This document shows, piece by piece, positions 12,401 through 23,468 of a stretch of DNA of 64,000 nt; positions within the stretch are counted from its first letter, which is position 1, and every line of letters begins with the position of its first letter. The translations under genes and the position numbers were made by a program. This DNA is from Mayamaea pseudoterrestris. Lineage: Eukaryota. The stretch is from NCBI GenBank assembly GCA_027923505.1, contig BROI01000023.1, positions 248,001 through 312,000 on the forward strand, written 5' to 3'. A model generated the notes under the pieces. That model made no database searches. It worked only from the letters and a program-made list of their open reading frames with translations, and had not been told where the DNA came from.

Positions 12401-15400
12401 AGATGCCCCTTCAAGTGGCGCTCAGAAGGATTTTCCTTCTCGCCGTCACTGAGCTACGTGGATGCCATGGAGGGGTTTCACCACGCCAAATGAACATACG
12501 GGACAAGGGTTTGGCCATGCAGATGCTCATTGGATGCTCCATTGGTGCACCAGTGGCGCCTTCTAGGCAGATGCCCCTACAAGTGGCGCTCAGAAGGATT
12601 TTCCTTCTCGCCGTCACTGAGCTACTTGGATGCCATGGAGGGGTTTCACCACGCCAAATGAACATACGGGACAAGGGTTTGGCCATGCAGGTGCTCATTG
12701 GATGCTCCATTGGTGCACCAGTGGCGCCTTCTAGGCAGATGCCCCTACAAGTGGCGCTCAGAAGGATTTTCCTTCTCGCCGTCACTGAGCTACTTGGATG
12801 CCATGGAGGGGTTTCACCACGCCAAATGAACATATGGGACAAGGGTTTGGCCATGCAGCCATCACTGAGCTACTTGGATGCCATGGAGGGGTTTCACCAC
12901 GCCAAATGAACATACGGGACAAGGGTTTGGCCATGCAGATGCTCATTGGATGCTCCATTGGTGCACCAGTGGCGCCTTCTAGGCAGATGCCCCTACAACT
13001 GGCGCTCAGAAGGATTTTCCTTCTCGCCGTCACTGAGCTACTTGGATGCCATGGAGGGGTTTCACCACACCAAATGAACATACGGGACAAGGGTTTGGCC
13101 ATGCAGATGCTCATTGGATGCTCCATTGGTGCACCAGTGGCGCCTTCTAGGCAGATGCCCCTTCAACTGGCGCTCAGAAGGATTTTCCTTCTCGCCATCA
13201 CTGAGCTACTTGGATGCCATGGAGGGGTTTCACCACGCCAAATGAACATATGGGACAAGGGTTTGGCCATGCAGATGCTCATTGGATGCTCCATTGGTGC
13301 ACCAGTGGCGCCTTCTAGGCAGATGCCCCTTCAACTGGCGCTCAGAAGGTTTTTCCTTCTCCCACTGAGCTACTTGGATGCCATGGAGGGGTTTCACCAC
13401 GCCAAATGAACATACGGGACAAGGGTTTGGCCATGCAGGTGCTCATTGGATGCTCCATTGGTGCACCAGTGGCGCCTTCTAGGCAGATGCCCCTACAAGT
13501 GGCGCTCAGAAGGATTTTCCTTCTCGCCGTCACTGAGCTACTTGGATGCCATGGAGGGGTTTCACCACGCCAAATGAACATACGGGACAAGGGTTTGGCC
13601 ATGCAGATGCTCATTGGATGCTCCATTGGTGCACCAGTGGCGCCTTCTAGGCAGATGCCCCTACAACTGGCGCTCAGAAGGATTTTCCTTCTCGCCGTCA
13701 CTGAGCTACTTGGATGCCATGGAGGGGTTTCACCACGCCAAATGAACATACGGGACAAGGGTTTGGCCATGCAGGTGCTCATTGGATGCTCCATTGGTGC
13801 ACCAGTGGCGCCTTCTAGGCAGATGCCCCTACAAGTGGCGCTCAGAAGGATTTTCCTTCTCGCCGTCACTGAGCTACTTGGATGCCATGGAGGGGTTTCA
13901 CCACGCCAAATGAACATACGGGACAAGGGTTTGGACATGCAGGTGCTCATTGGATGCTCCATTGGTGCACCAGTGGCGCCTTCTAGGCAGATGCCCCTTC
14001 AACTGGCGCTCAGAAGGATTTTCCTTCTCGCCGTCACTGAGCTACTTGGATGCCATGGAGGGGTTTCACCACGCCAAATGAACATACGGGACAAGGGTTT
14101 GGCCATGCAGATGCTCATTGGATGCTCCATTGGTGCACCAGTGGCACCTTCTAGGCAGATGCCCCTTCAACTGGCGCTCAGAAGGATTTTCCTTCTCGCC
14201 GTCACTGAGCTACTTGGATGCCATGGAGGGGTTTCACCACGCCAAATGAACATACGGGACAAGGGTTTGGCCATGCAGGTGCTCATTGGATGCTCCATTG
14301 GTGCACCAGTGGCGCCTTCTAGGCAGATGCCCCTTCAAGTGGCGCTCAGAAGGATTTTCCTTCTCGCCGTCACTGAGCTACGTGGATGCCATGGAGGGGT
14401 TTCACCACGCCAAATGAACATACGGGACAAGGGTTTGGCCATGCAGATGCTCATTGGATGCTCCATTGGTGCACCAGTGGCGCCTTCTAGGCAGATGCCC
14501 CTACAAGTGGCGCTCAGAAGGATTTTCCTTCTCGCCGTCACTGAGCTACTTGGATGCCATGGAGGGGTTTCACCACGCCAAATGAACATACGGGACAAGG
14601 GTTTGGCCATGCAGGTGCTCATTGGATGCTCCATTGGTGCACCAGTGGCGCCTTCTAGGCAGATGCCCCTACAAGTGGCGCTCAGAAGGATTTTCCTTCT
14701 CGCCGTCACTGAGCTACTTGGATGCCATGGAGGGGTTTCACCACGCCAAATGAACATATGGGACAAGGGTTTGGCCATGCAGGTGCTCATTGGATGCTCC
14801 ATTGGTGCACCAGTGGCGCCTTCTAGGCAGATGCCCCTACAACTGGCGCTCAGAAGGTATTTCCTTCTCGCCGTCACTGAGCTACGTGGATGCCATGGAG
14901 GGGTTTCACCACGCCAAATGAACATACGGGACAAGGGTTTGGCCATGCAGGTGCTCATTGGATGCTCCATTGGTGCACCAGTGGCGCCTTCTAGGCAGAT
15001 GAGCCTTCAAGTGGCGCTCAGAAGGATTTTCCTTCTCGCCGTCACTGAGCTACTTGGATGCCATGGAAGTGTTTCCCCACGCCAAATGAACATATGTGGC
15101 AAGAATTTGTCCATGCAGGTGCTCATAGGATGCTCCATTGGTGCACCAGTGGCGCCTTCTAGGCAGATGCCCCTTCAAGTGGCGCTCAGAAGGGATTTCC
15201 TTCTCGCCGTCACTGAGCTACTTGGATGCCATCGAGGGGTTTCACCACGCCAAATGAACATACGGGACAAGGGTTTGAACATGCAGGTGCTCATTGGATG
15301 CTCCATTGGTGCACCAGTGGCGCCTTCTAGGCAGATGCCCCTACAACTGGCGCTCAGAAGGATTTTCCTTCTCGCCGTCACTGAGCTACTTGGATGCCAT

Positions 15401-16807
15401 GGAGGGGTTTCACCACACCAAATGAACATACGGGACAAGGGTTTGGCCATGCAGGTGCTCATTGGATGCTCCATTGGTGCACCAGTGGCGCCTTCTAGGC
15501 AGATGCCCCTACAAGTGGCGCTCAGAAGGATTTTCCTTCTCGCCGTCACTGAGCTACTTGGATGCCATGGAGGGGTTTCACCACGCCAAATGAACATACG
15601 GGACAAGGGTTTGGCCATGCAGGTGCTCATTGGATGCTCCATTGGTGCACCAGTGGCACCTTCTAGGCAGATGCCCCTACAAGTGGTGCTCAGAAGGATT
15701 TTCCTTCTCGCCATCACTGAGCTACTTGGATGCCATGGAGGGGTTTCACCACGCCAAATGAACATATGGGACAAGGGTTTGTCCATGCAGGTGCTCATAG
15801 GATGCTCCATTGGTGCACATGCAGGTGCTCATAGGATGCTCCATTGGTGCACCAGTGGCACCTTCTAGGCAGATGCCCCTACAAGTGGCGCTCAGAAGGA
15901 TTTTCCTTCTCGCCGTCACTGAGCTACTTGGATGCCATGGAGGGGTTTCACCACGCCAAATGAACATACGGGACAAGGGTTTGGCCATGCAGGTGCTCAT
16001 TGGATGCTCCATTGGTGCACCAGTGGCGCCTTCTAGGCAGATGCCCCTACAACTGGCGCTCAGAAGGATTTTCCTTCTCGCCGTCACTGAGCTACTTGGA
16101 TGCCATGGAGGGGTTTCACCACGCCAAATGAACATATGGGACAAGGGTTTGGCCATGCAGGTGCTCATTGGATGCTCCATTGGTGCACCAGTGGCGCCTT
16201 CTAGGCAGATGACCCTTCAACTGGCGCTCAGAAGGATTTTCCTTCTCGCCGTCACTGAGCTACTTGGATGCCATGGAGGGGTTTCACCACGCCAAATGAA
16301 CATACGGGACAAGGGTTTGGCCATGCAGGTGCTCATTGGATGCTCCATTGGTGCACCAGTGGCACCTTTTAGGCTGATGCCCCTACAAGTGGTGCTCAGA
16401 AGGATTTTCCTTCTTGCCATCACTGAGCTACTTGGATGCCATGGATGGGTTTCACTACGCCATATGAACATATGGAACAAGGACTTGGCCATGCAGGTGC
16501 TCATTGGATGCTCCATTGGTGCACCAGTGGCGCCTTCTAAACAGATGCCCCTACAAGTGGCGCTCAGAAGGATTTTCCTTCTTGCCGTCACTGAGCTACT
16601 TGGATGCCATGGAGGGGTTTCACCACGCCAAATGAACATATGGGACAAGAGTTTGAACATACAGGTGCTCATTGGATGCTCCATTGGTGCACCAGTGGCG
16701 CCTTCTAGGCAGATGCCCCTTCAACTGGCGCTCAGAAGGATTTTCCTTCTCGCCATCACTGAGCTACTTGGATGCCATGGAGGTGTTTCAACACGCCAAA
16801 TGAACAT
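3487..16807. repeat. Tandem satellite B, 168-bp monomer, ~79 copies, ~55% GC, with higher-order block duplications
   Basis: GCGCTCAGAAGG recurs with a 168-bp period (e.g. 3661, 3829). Monomers are near-identical. Duplicated blocks are offset by 1641, 865 and 1924 bp. Confidence 0.98.
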
Positions 16808-17339
16808 GCTTCTTGTTAAACCATGCATAAACTGCATCTCACCAAAGCATTCCCATTAACTGGTGACTGGTGGTGTTTGCGTGCGTGAAGCGCGCGAAAG
16901 CCGTTGCTCCATGTTTAACGGTTGATCCTACCACTCCCCGCTCCATGATTGTGTTGCCCATTGAGTGTGTACCTATAGCAACGGTCGTTTCCTGCTTGTG
17001 TACGTACCGGGTCTTACTTGGTACAATTCTGACAAAACCCGTTGACCGTTATCGAGTCCTGAGAGGCTTTGTCAGCGTAAAAATTTGTGTAGACCTTGTT
17101 ACGAAAACGTGTTTCGTGCGCCGGAATTTGCACTGCCACGGGCGGAAGGGTCCGATCTGACGAGAGTCAGACCGAACTACGTGTTCTTGGTGTCTACGTC
17201 TTCTACGATAGGTAATATCAAGCAGCATGTTTTTGTGAAGTATTTGCTAAGTAATTCCTTTGTTTACAGATTCTATTAGTAGTTTATGAAATCACAATGT
17301 TACGAATGTTATATATTAATGTCCTGTCCTTGTTGTTTC

Positions 17340-19034
17340 TCAATGCTTCGTGCGAGCATCGCGCTTGGCAGCAGCATTCTTCGTGTTAAAAGCGTAATGG
17401 CATACCGCGCTACCCCAATAAAGGACTGACAGAAGCACAAGCAAAGTCTTCTGAAACGTCGTGAGCTTAAAGATTGAACGACCTTGGACTTTAGCGCGCT
17501 TGGCTTGAGGCTGTTCCGACGCCGCTGCCTTGACCTTCGCCTCATACTTGGCCTTGATATCCGCAAGATGCTTCTTTTGCAAAGCATCGCGGTTCGCCGC
17601 ACGCTCCGACTCGAGACGCTTCACCAACGCGTAAAATTCCTTGCGTTTGATGTCGATTTCAGCCTGTTCGGCAGCTTCCGCGGCAGCCGACTTGCCAAAG
17701 CAATAGCCGGTGACGCGTTGAAAGACGTTAGCGCTTGGGACGACGGCCTCTTTGACAATCGAAGCGCCCGACTCCTGCGTCTGCTCCAATGATTTCACAG
17801 TGACTTCCTCCGGTACAAGAATGGAAGTAGGAATGGTGGCGTTAGCTGGCGTCAAAGTAACCGGCGGAAGGATGGACGGCGGAGCAATCACGCGCGGCGT
17901 GATCAACGGTGGCACAATCAACGTTGCTACGACAGCTGACTCGACATTTGCGGTAGCTGGAGCAACAGAAGACGCCTTGATGGAACCAAACGTGGATGTC
18001 AGCAACACGCGGAAAGCAACGAGCCGTTCAACGACGATTGACCAAACGTATCCGAACGAGCCAGTGAACTGCTCGCCAGCAGCAATGACACGATCAACGC
18101 CGAAAGAGTGCAAGGAGTGGAACAGATTGCTCATCTGCATACGAGCGGCAATGATCCGAGACGATAGAGCAGTCTGGAAGGAAACGGATGTCTCCGCGAT
18201 CTGCTCGCAAAAAGCAAAGAGAATTGACTGGAAAGAATATGACAACGCTTTGAGCTGCTCGCGAGCAACGACAAGACGATCGGAAACGGCGGAACAAAAA
18301 GAATTGATCGAGCCAACCATCTGCTCGCGAGCAGCAAAAATACCATCGCGGACCGTCGTCTGAACGTCAGCGCACGACTGCACGGCGGAAACGGACGACA
18401 ACGCAACCCTCTCTCGAACAACACCAACACGCTCGATAACGACAGAATGCAAAGACGCGGACGAAATTTTTGTAGTTTTGTAAATTGCAGACATGGATTC
18501 GATGGAAAAAGCCTGGAGTTCCGCAATGCGATGAATCAAATTGCGACGCATAAAGTCCAAGACAACGGTCGTCCACTCCGTCGCAATCTTGACCGAGGAC
18601 GACAAGCTCGCCAGCTGCTCGTCATCCCAGAGACGGACAAGCGGAGTGCGTCGAGGGTAACGGAGAAGATGGATCTGCGTAATAAGGTCGTTGTAAAAGC
18701 TCCCCAACTGCTCCTCGTCCCAAAGTCGAACGAGAGGAGTGCGACGCGGGTAGCGTAGCAGATGAACCTGCGTCTCAAGGTCGTTGTAAAAGCTCATCGC
18801 GCCGTCCGACAGCTGCGAAATAATCGACTTGCGACGCGGATAACGAAGAAACTGAACTTCCGTCTCCAAGTCCGTGTAGAAGCGATGAGCGCCATTCGCA
18901 AGCAGCGAAACAACCTGCTGCGCCGACGGCGACTGGCGCATCGGATACAAGTCGACATTGCGAACGATTCCACCCGCGAGCGCAGCAAAGACAGCGCCCA
19001 AGGCGAGTGCGATGATATAACGGTGCATGATCAT
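17340..19034 (-). CDS. Orphan membrane protein with three ~30-aa LRYPRR repeats and 22-aa periodic amphipathic repeats
   Basis: 564-aa single-exon ORF with a hydrophobic N-terminus, FYxDLxTxxxxLRYPRR x3, a Pro/Thr-rich linker, a charged coiled coil and a C-terminal TM segment. Confidence 0.75.
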   Translation of the reverse strand: MIMHRYIIALALGAVFAALAGGIVRNVDLYPMRQSPSAQQVVSLLANGAHRFYTDLETEVQFLRYPRRKSIISQLSDGAMSFYNDLETQVHLLRYPRRTPLVRLWDEEQLGSFYNDLITQIHLLRYPRRTPLVRLWDDEQLASLSSSVKIATEWTTVVLDFMRRNLIHRIAELQAFSIESMSAIYKTTKISSASLHSVVIERVGVVRERVALSSVSAVQSCADVQTTVRDGIFAAREQMVGSINSFCSAVSDRLVVAREQLKALSYSFQSILFAFCEQIAETSVSFQTALSSRIIAARMQMSNLFHSLHSFGVDRVIAAGEQFTGSFGYVWSIVVERLVAFRVLLTSTFGSIKASSVAPATANVESAVVATLIVPPLITPRVIAPPSILPPVTLTPANATIPTSILVPEEVTVKSLEQTQESGASIVKEAVVPSANVFQRVTGYCFGKSAAAEAAEQAEIDIKRKEFYALVKRLESERAANRDALQKKHLADIKAKYEAKVKAAASEQPQAKRAKVQGRSIFKLTTFQKTLLVLLSVLYWGSAVCHYAFNTKNAAAKRDARTKH

Positions 19035-19154
19035 GGTAATGATGATAGTAAAAGCTTTGATAGCAATTGTAACAGCGGGTCAATTCAAGTGGCAGCGTAA
19101 CGAGAATTGTGAGCACTTGGCGTAGCTTGAAAAGAGACTGAATGGAGGAGATTC

Positions 19155-19265
19155 AATCACAAAAACGGATCGACCGGTCGGAAACGGGATTGAGACCGGT
19201 CGGAGTCGCACAAAACGGGATTGAAACTGGTCGGAGTCGCGAAACGTGCACGTTTCTCGAGTCGC
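19155..19265. promoter_or_regulatory. Clustered upstream direct repeats AAACGGGATTGA(G/A)AC(C/T)GGTCGGAGTCGC
   Basis: Two near-identical ~28-bp copies plus a partial third lie 120-230 bp upstream of the 19034 start. The regulatory role is inferred from position only. Confidence 0.45.
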
Positions 19266-20016
19266 AGCGGTGATGGCTCTCAGACGCCGGCGTGTATCGG
19301 ACCGGGACTAATCGACATCGCCTCTCCAACACAACATCATTTCGACATTTTGACGATGGCTGCATTGTCAAGGCTTGGAGAGTCTCGAGGCGAAATATGT
19401 GTCTTCGATGTGTGAAGCGTTATGCTTGCAATGACAGTCGCCTACGGTAGTTGATTTGTTCTTAACGAGAGATTAGCTACCACAGCGATTCAAGCGACGG
19501 GCTGGGCTGTTTGGTCGCTCTGCTTTGCATGTATCGCGAGTCGCGATGCCGCGACGTACCCCTGCCGGTATTTATATGTGCCTGATTCTTGTCGAAGAAT
19601 GTCGACTGTTTTCAAGGTGTGTGGTTCGGCAGACGGTGACATGTTTGCTCAAAGGATAGAGCATGAGCGTCAGAATAAATAGCAATAATGACGATGTGAT
19701 GAATGTCGTTCAATAGCTGCTTCACCAATGGTGGCATGGAACGTCAGCTTTTCTTGTAGCGAACTGGAACCAAAAGCAATATTACTTCGAACATTTGCTC
19801 ATGCCGATTTGACAGCTTTGTGTCTTTTGAGCTATGATCGTATAATGTTTAATACGTACTACGCAAGACCTTTAGAGAGAAATAGTTGATATTTTCAAAC
19901 TAAATATATTGTTATGATGGGTCCGAAACCTCTTAAGTTTTGTTTTTCTTGTTTGGGAGCTGCAGTGACCAGTCGGCCAATGAGTAGCAGCAGGAATCCT
20001 CGGGCAACGATGCCTC

Positions 20017-21876
20017 CTATGCAGATTCGTCGTCGTCTTCATCCAGCCATGGCTCCTTGGAATAGTCCCAGAAGGAGTCTGGAATGTAACCAGCCGCGCT
20101 TCGCACGTACGCGAAGGAAGGCTCGGTAACCAGATCAGTCGCATTGATGCATTTCCATGCGGGTGTTGCTGGCATGCATGGCTCGTCAACAATCAAATCA
20201 TTTGTGGCGTCGCTTCTAAACTCAGCAGTGGCTTCACTATCCAGCTGCAATTTGTCAACAGCTCGCTGGAGTGACGACAAGCTTTTGGGTCTCATGGTGA
20301 GAGTAACCATTGTTGGTTCCTCGACAGGAATGGTATCATTGGCAGCAGCAGAGCCAAATGCCTCAACAGGACACGACTCGGTCATTGACTCCGTCATCGA
20401 CTCGCTCGTCTCCTCCGTGACAGTGGTTTCTGTCGCCGAGAAGACGGACGTAGTAGCGTCGCATGGAGTGACCGAGTCGGCCCACGATCCTTCCTGCTCG
20501 CTATCATCAGCCTTATTCTTCTTGTTCTTTCGGCCTCGCTTGCCGCGACGACGCTTCTTCTTCTCGAGCGTCGGTGTGTCTAGCGCAGCAATAGTCTCAA
20601 TTACTCCGCAATTCTGAGACTGGACAGTAGCATTGTCCGCGATCGATACAATGCTAGATTCGTCGTCCGTCACCTCGACAGCTATTGACTGGTCGGTAAC
20701 TTGCTTCTTGCGGCGACGGTTGCGGTGTATCTTGGTATTTGTAGGCTGGAGTGTGATATCCTCCTTGTCCTCCTCGACAGTCGACATCGAGCTCAACTCG
20801 CTTTCTTCAATCTGCACCATCAGAGCGTCAGTGACTGGCATAGCATCAATATCCTCATACTTTGAGTTCAGAGCAGTTGTTGCTTCATACACAGGTGGCT
20901 CACTAGCGATAACCTCCTCTTCCGTAAGGATCGTGGCTTCCTCAGATTCGACTTTCGTCTCGTCCAAGAAATGAAGCAGTGCTTCGACCATCACTGCAAC
21001 GCTCGCGTCGCTCGGCGCCGTCACCATTTCAGTGACGGTTGCATCGTCTTCCAAAGGCAGCGTCGCCGATGATTGGATACCTTCGGTGGCTGTAAATTGT
21101 TGCGGCTCAATTGATTCCTCCGCCAGCAAATCCTCGGCAATCTTGTTGCTCGCTTGGACTGTATTGCATTTCTCTTCAGCGTCGACGCAGTCCTCGACAT
21201 GTTTATTTTGCTTCTTCTCGCGACACAATTGATAATCGAGCCACAGGGGTTGCAATCGTTGGCACCCCCGCACATCAAGCTCCGGCAATGGAAGTCTAGC
21301 TGCTATGAGTAGTTCTTCCACTGTCTGGCATGGACTCGGGTCGCTGAGATAGTTGTCGGTAATGAACTGGAGCATGGCATCCCAATTCTCTTGGCATATT
21401 TTTGCTCTTTTTATTGAGGATTCTCTCCACTCTTTGTTGATGCGTCGACGATAGAAGTATTCGGCAATTGGCCGGCGTATGGCTTTGTAGATCAGGTCGA
21501 GCAAGCCGAGCAGCGCAAAGGCTGGTAGAAGAGCCCAGACGAAAGAGTTGAGAAGCTCGTGCATGCAGTCGTCAGCGATGATATTGTCGGTGTGACTGCT
21601 GCTTGTCGCGGCGTCGTTGTTTGCTGCATTCTTGGTGGCGGTATTGGAAGCGATCAAATAGCTGGTAGGGCATTCCATGGCCGTCTTGATGGATTGATTG
21701 GTTTCGGTCGTGATTGATCCGCACTGCTCGAGATACGTCAGGACGATCGGCGTGTTTTCGAGCCAGGGCTGCTCCAAGAGCCGCGCAAAGTCGCTGCCGC
21801 TGCTGGCAGCAACGACCTTTGTCACGGTGGATAGCATGACGGCGATGAGAGCGACGAAGGGACGCAAGTATACCAT
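20017..21876 (-). CDS. Orphan type I membrane protein (signal peptide, TM, long acidic disordered tail with basic clusters)
   Basis: 619-aa ORF: signal peptide, TM FVWALLPAFALLGLLDLIY, Glu/Asp/Thr-rich tail with RNRRRKK, KKKRRRGKRGRK and SWADS. Confidence 0.8.
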   Translation of the reverse strand: MVYLRPFVALIAVMLSTVTKVVAASSGSDFARLLEQPWLENTPIVLTYLEQCGSITTETNQSIKTAMECPTSYLIASNTATKNAANNDAATSSSHTDNIIADDCMHELLNSFVWALLPAFALLGLLDLIYKAIRRPIAEYFYRRRINKEWRESSIKRAKICQENWDAMLQFITDNYLSDPSPCQTVEELLIAARLPLPELDVRGCQRLQPLWLDYQLCREKKQNKHVEDCVDAEEKCNTVQASNKIAEDLLAEESIEPQQFTATEGIQSSATLPLEDDATVTEMVTAPSDASVAVMVEALLHFLDETKVESEEATILTEEEVIASEPPVYEATTALNSKYEDIDAMPVTDALMVQIEESELSSMSTVEEDKEDITLQPTNTKIHRNRRRKKQVTDQSIAVEVTDDESSIVSIADNATVQSQNCGVIETIAALDTPTLEKKKRRRGKRGRKNKKNKADDSEQEGSWADSVTPCDATTSVFSATETTVTEETSESMTESMTESCPVEAFGSAAANDTIPVEEPTMVTLTMRPKSLSSLQRAVDKLQLDSEATAEFRSDATNDLIVDEPCMPATPAWKCINATDLVTEPSFAYVRSAAGYIPDSFWDYSKEPWLDEDDDESA

Positions 21877-22599
21877 TGTGATTGTCTTTTATGAGCGGTA
21901 ACAAGACTGTCTCCTTTCCAAAATTGTGTGGGTTTCGCCCCGTGGAGCGGTCCAAAGTGATCGTGCGCCGAAACGGACAAACCGACCGGTTTTTTGCTTC
22001 GTTTGAGAAACGGCCGAAGCAAAGAAACGGACGCTTGACGTCACCATTTTGGTCGCACCTCTGCGGGATCCAGAGCCAACTGATCGATTCAGTCATTGGA
22101 TTACATCTTCCGAGCCTCTTTCACTATATAATAACATCCATGTGTAAGAACGTGCGCGGTCAAACTGCTGCGATCGCGATCCCATAGTGTTATCTTCGTG
22201 CTCGCGCGACGCCGCGAGTGTATATGTCGCAGTGGATCGTGGAGCGACACTAGGTGACGAGGTGACGACGCTCTGAGCGACAACTTTACAAACAAAGCTG
22301 CATTGCCATGACTAACTGTAACACTATAAAGCATGCTACGAACGGCTTGTTCTAATTTGTTCCCGTCAAAGGGATGATAACTCGAGGCTTCACTCGTCAC
22401 TCGGAGCGATCAATGACCAACTACCATAGCTTATTCCCTTTATTGCCGCTTGGGAGGCCCACCTCGTGTAACAGCCGCCACCTTGCTGGCCGCTGCAATC
22501 GGAGCATTTGCTCCAATCAAACACCCATTGCGTCTACCGTGCGCTTGCCACTTGATCCGTAGCAACGAAGTAAACTACGCACTTTCTACGCCGTATCAA

Positions 22600-23397
22600 C
22601 TACCGAAAGTCCTTGCCGTCGTCCTCGCCGTCTCTGCTTCCTTTCTTATTTTGATTATCAAAGAATTTGTAGTCCCAATCTTCTAATCCTTGTTTCTCCT
22701 CGCTCATGGATGACGTCGACGCTTGCAGGATTGACCAGAGCAGCAGCGCCCCGCCAACAATCGCAATCGAAGCTAGTCCTTCCATTGACGTGAGAGGGAC
22801 TGTCGAAAGTATGCTGTTTGAATCATTGGATGGCGAGGGAGTAAGAAGTATGCCAGTCAAAATGGCTGCGACAAGTGCGAAGAAGTCAACTTGAAAACGA
22901 GTAGTCTTGACGGAATCATAGTCGTCTTCATTTTCATCCTCCTCGTCGCTATCCAGTACCACGGTTCGCCCGAGTGAAGACAAACCAATGAAGATTGCTA
23001 TAATGAGTATTCCTTGAGCAAGTGGAGCAAAACCGAAAACCAAGAGCAAGACTATAGGAATGCCGACGGCCGCACCGCCGAAGGTTGGTCGCGAGAATAG
23101 TCGAAGCGTATCTTCCAAAAGGCTGACGACAGCATAACCAGCATCATTGTTATTCTCATCATCGTCAATATTGCGCTTGTTGCTTGCTTGGAGTGCAAAG
23201 GAAGTTGCAGCAAGGTGTGGTCGTCGCGGCTCTCTGCAAACCCCAGAGTCCCATTTCCGTTCGATTGGAGACTGTCTTGTCTGTAATACTTTAGCGGGAG
23301 CAATGACTCTTGTTTGTATCGTTAAAGCATCAATCTCATGGCAAGATTTCAGTATACGCGCAGCACCAAGCAACCATTTGCATCGAGGAATCTTCAT
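22600..23397 (-). CDS. Hypothetical multi-pass membrane protein
   Basis: 265-aa ORF with about four hydrophobic segments separated by acidic loops and a basic presequence-like N-terminus. Confidence 0.65.
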   Translation of the reverse strand: MKIPRCKWLLGAARILKSCHEIDALTIQTRVIAPAKVLQTRQSPIERKWDSGVCREPRRPHLAATSFALQASNKRNIDDDENNNDAGYAVVSLLEDTLRLFSRPTFGGAAVGIPIVLLLVFGFAPLAQGILIIAIFIGLSSLGRTVVLDSDEEDENEDDYDSVKTTRFQVDFFALVAAILTGILLTPSPSNDSNSILSTVPLTSMEGLASIAIVGGALLLWSILQASTSSMSEEKQGLEDWDYKFFDNQNKKGSRDGEDDGKDFR

Positions 23398-23468
23398 GGT
23401 GAGTTGATGGTCGTCGCGTCGCGTTGTTCCACTGAATGGAGCAGTGTACTTTTAGTTTCACAGTCCGT

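Noticed and set aside
3536..16859. Long 56-aa-repeat ORFs on both strands of satellite B
   Set aside because: The monomer length is a multiple of 3, so any stop-free frame repeats indefinitely. Variants are often non-synonymous and include CAG->TAG stops and many frameshifting junctions, so there is no sign of coding constraint.
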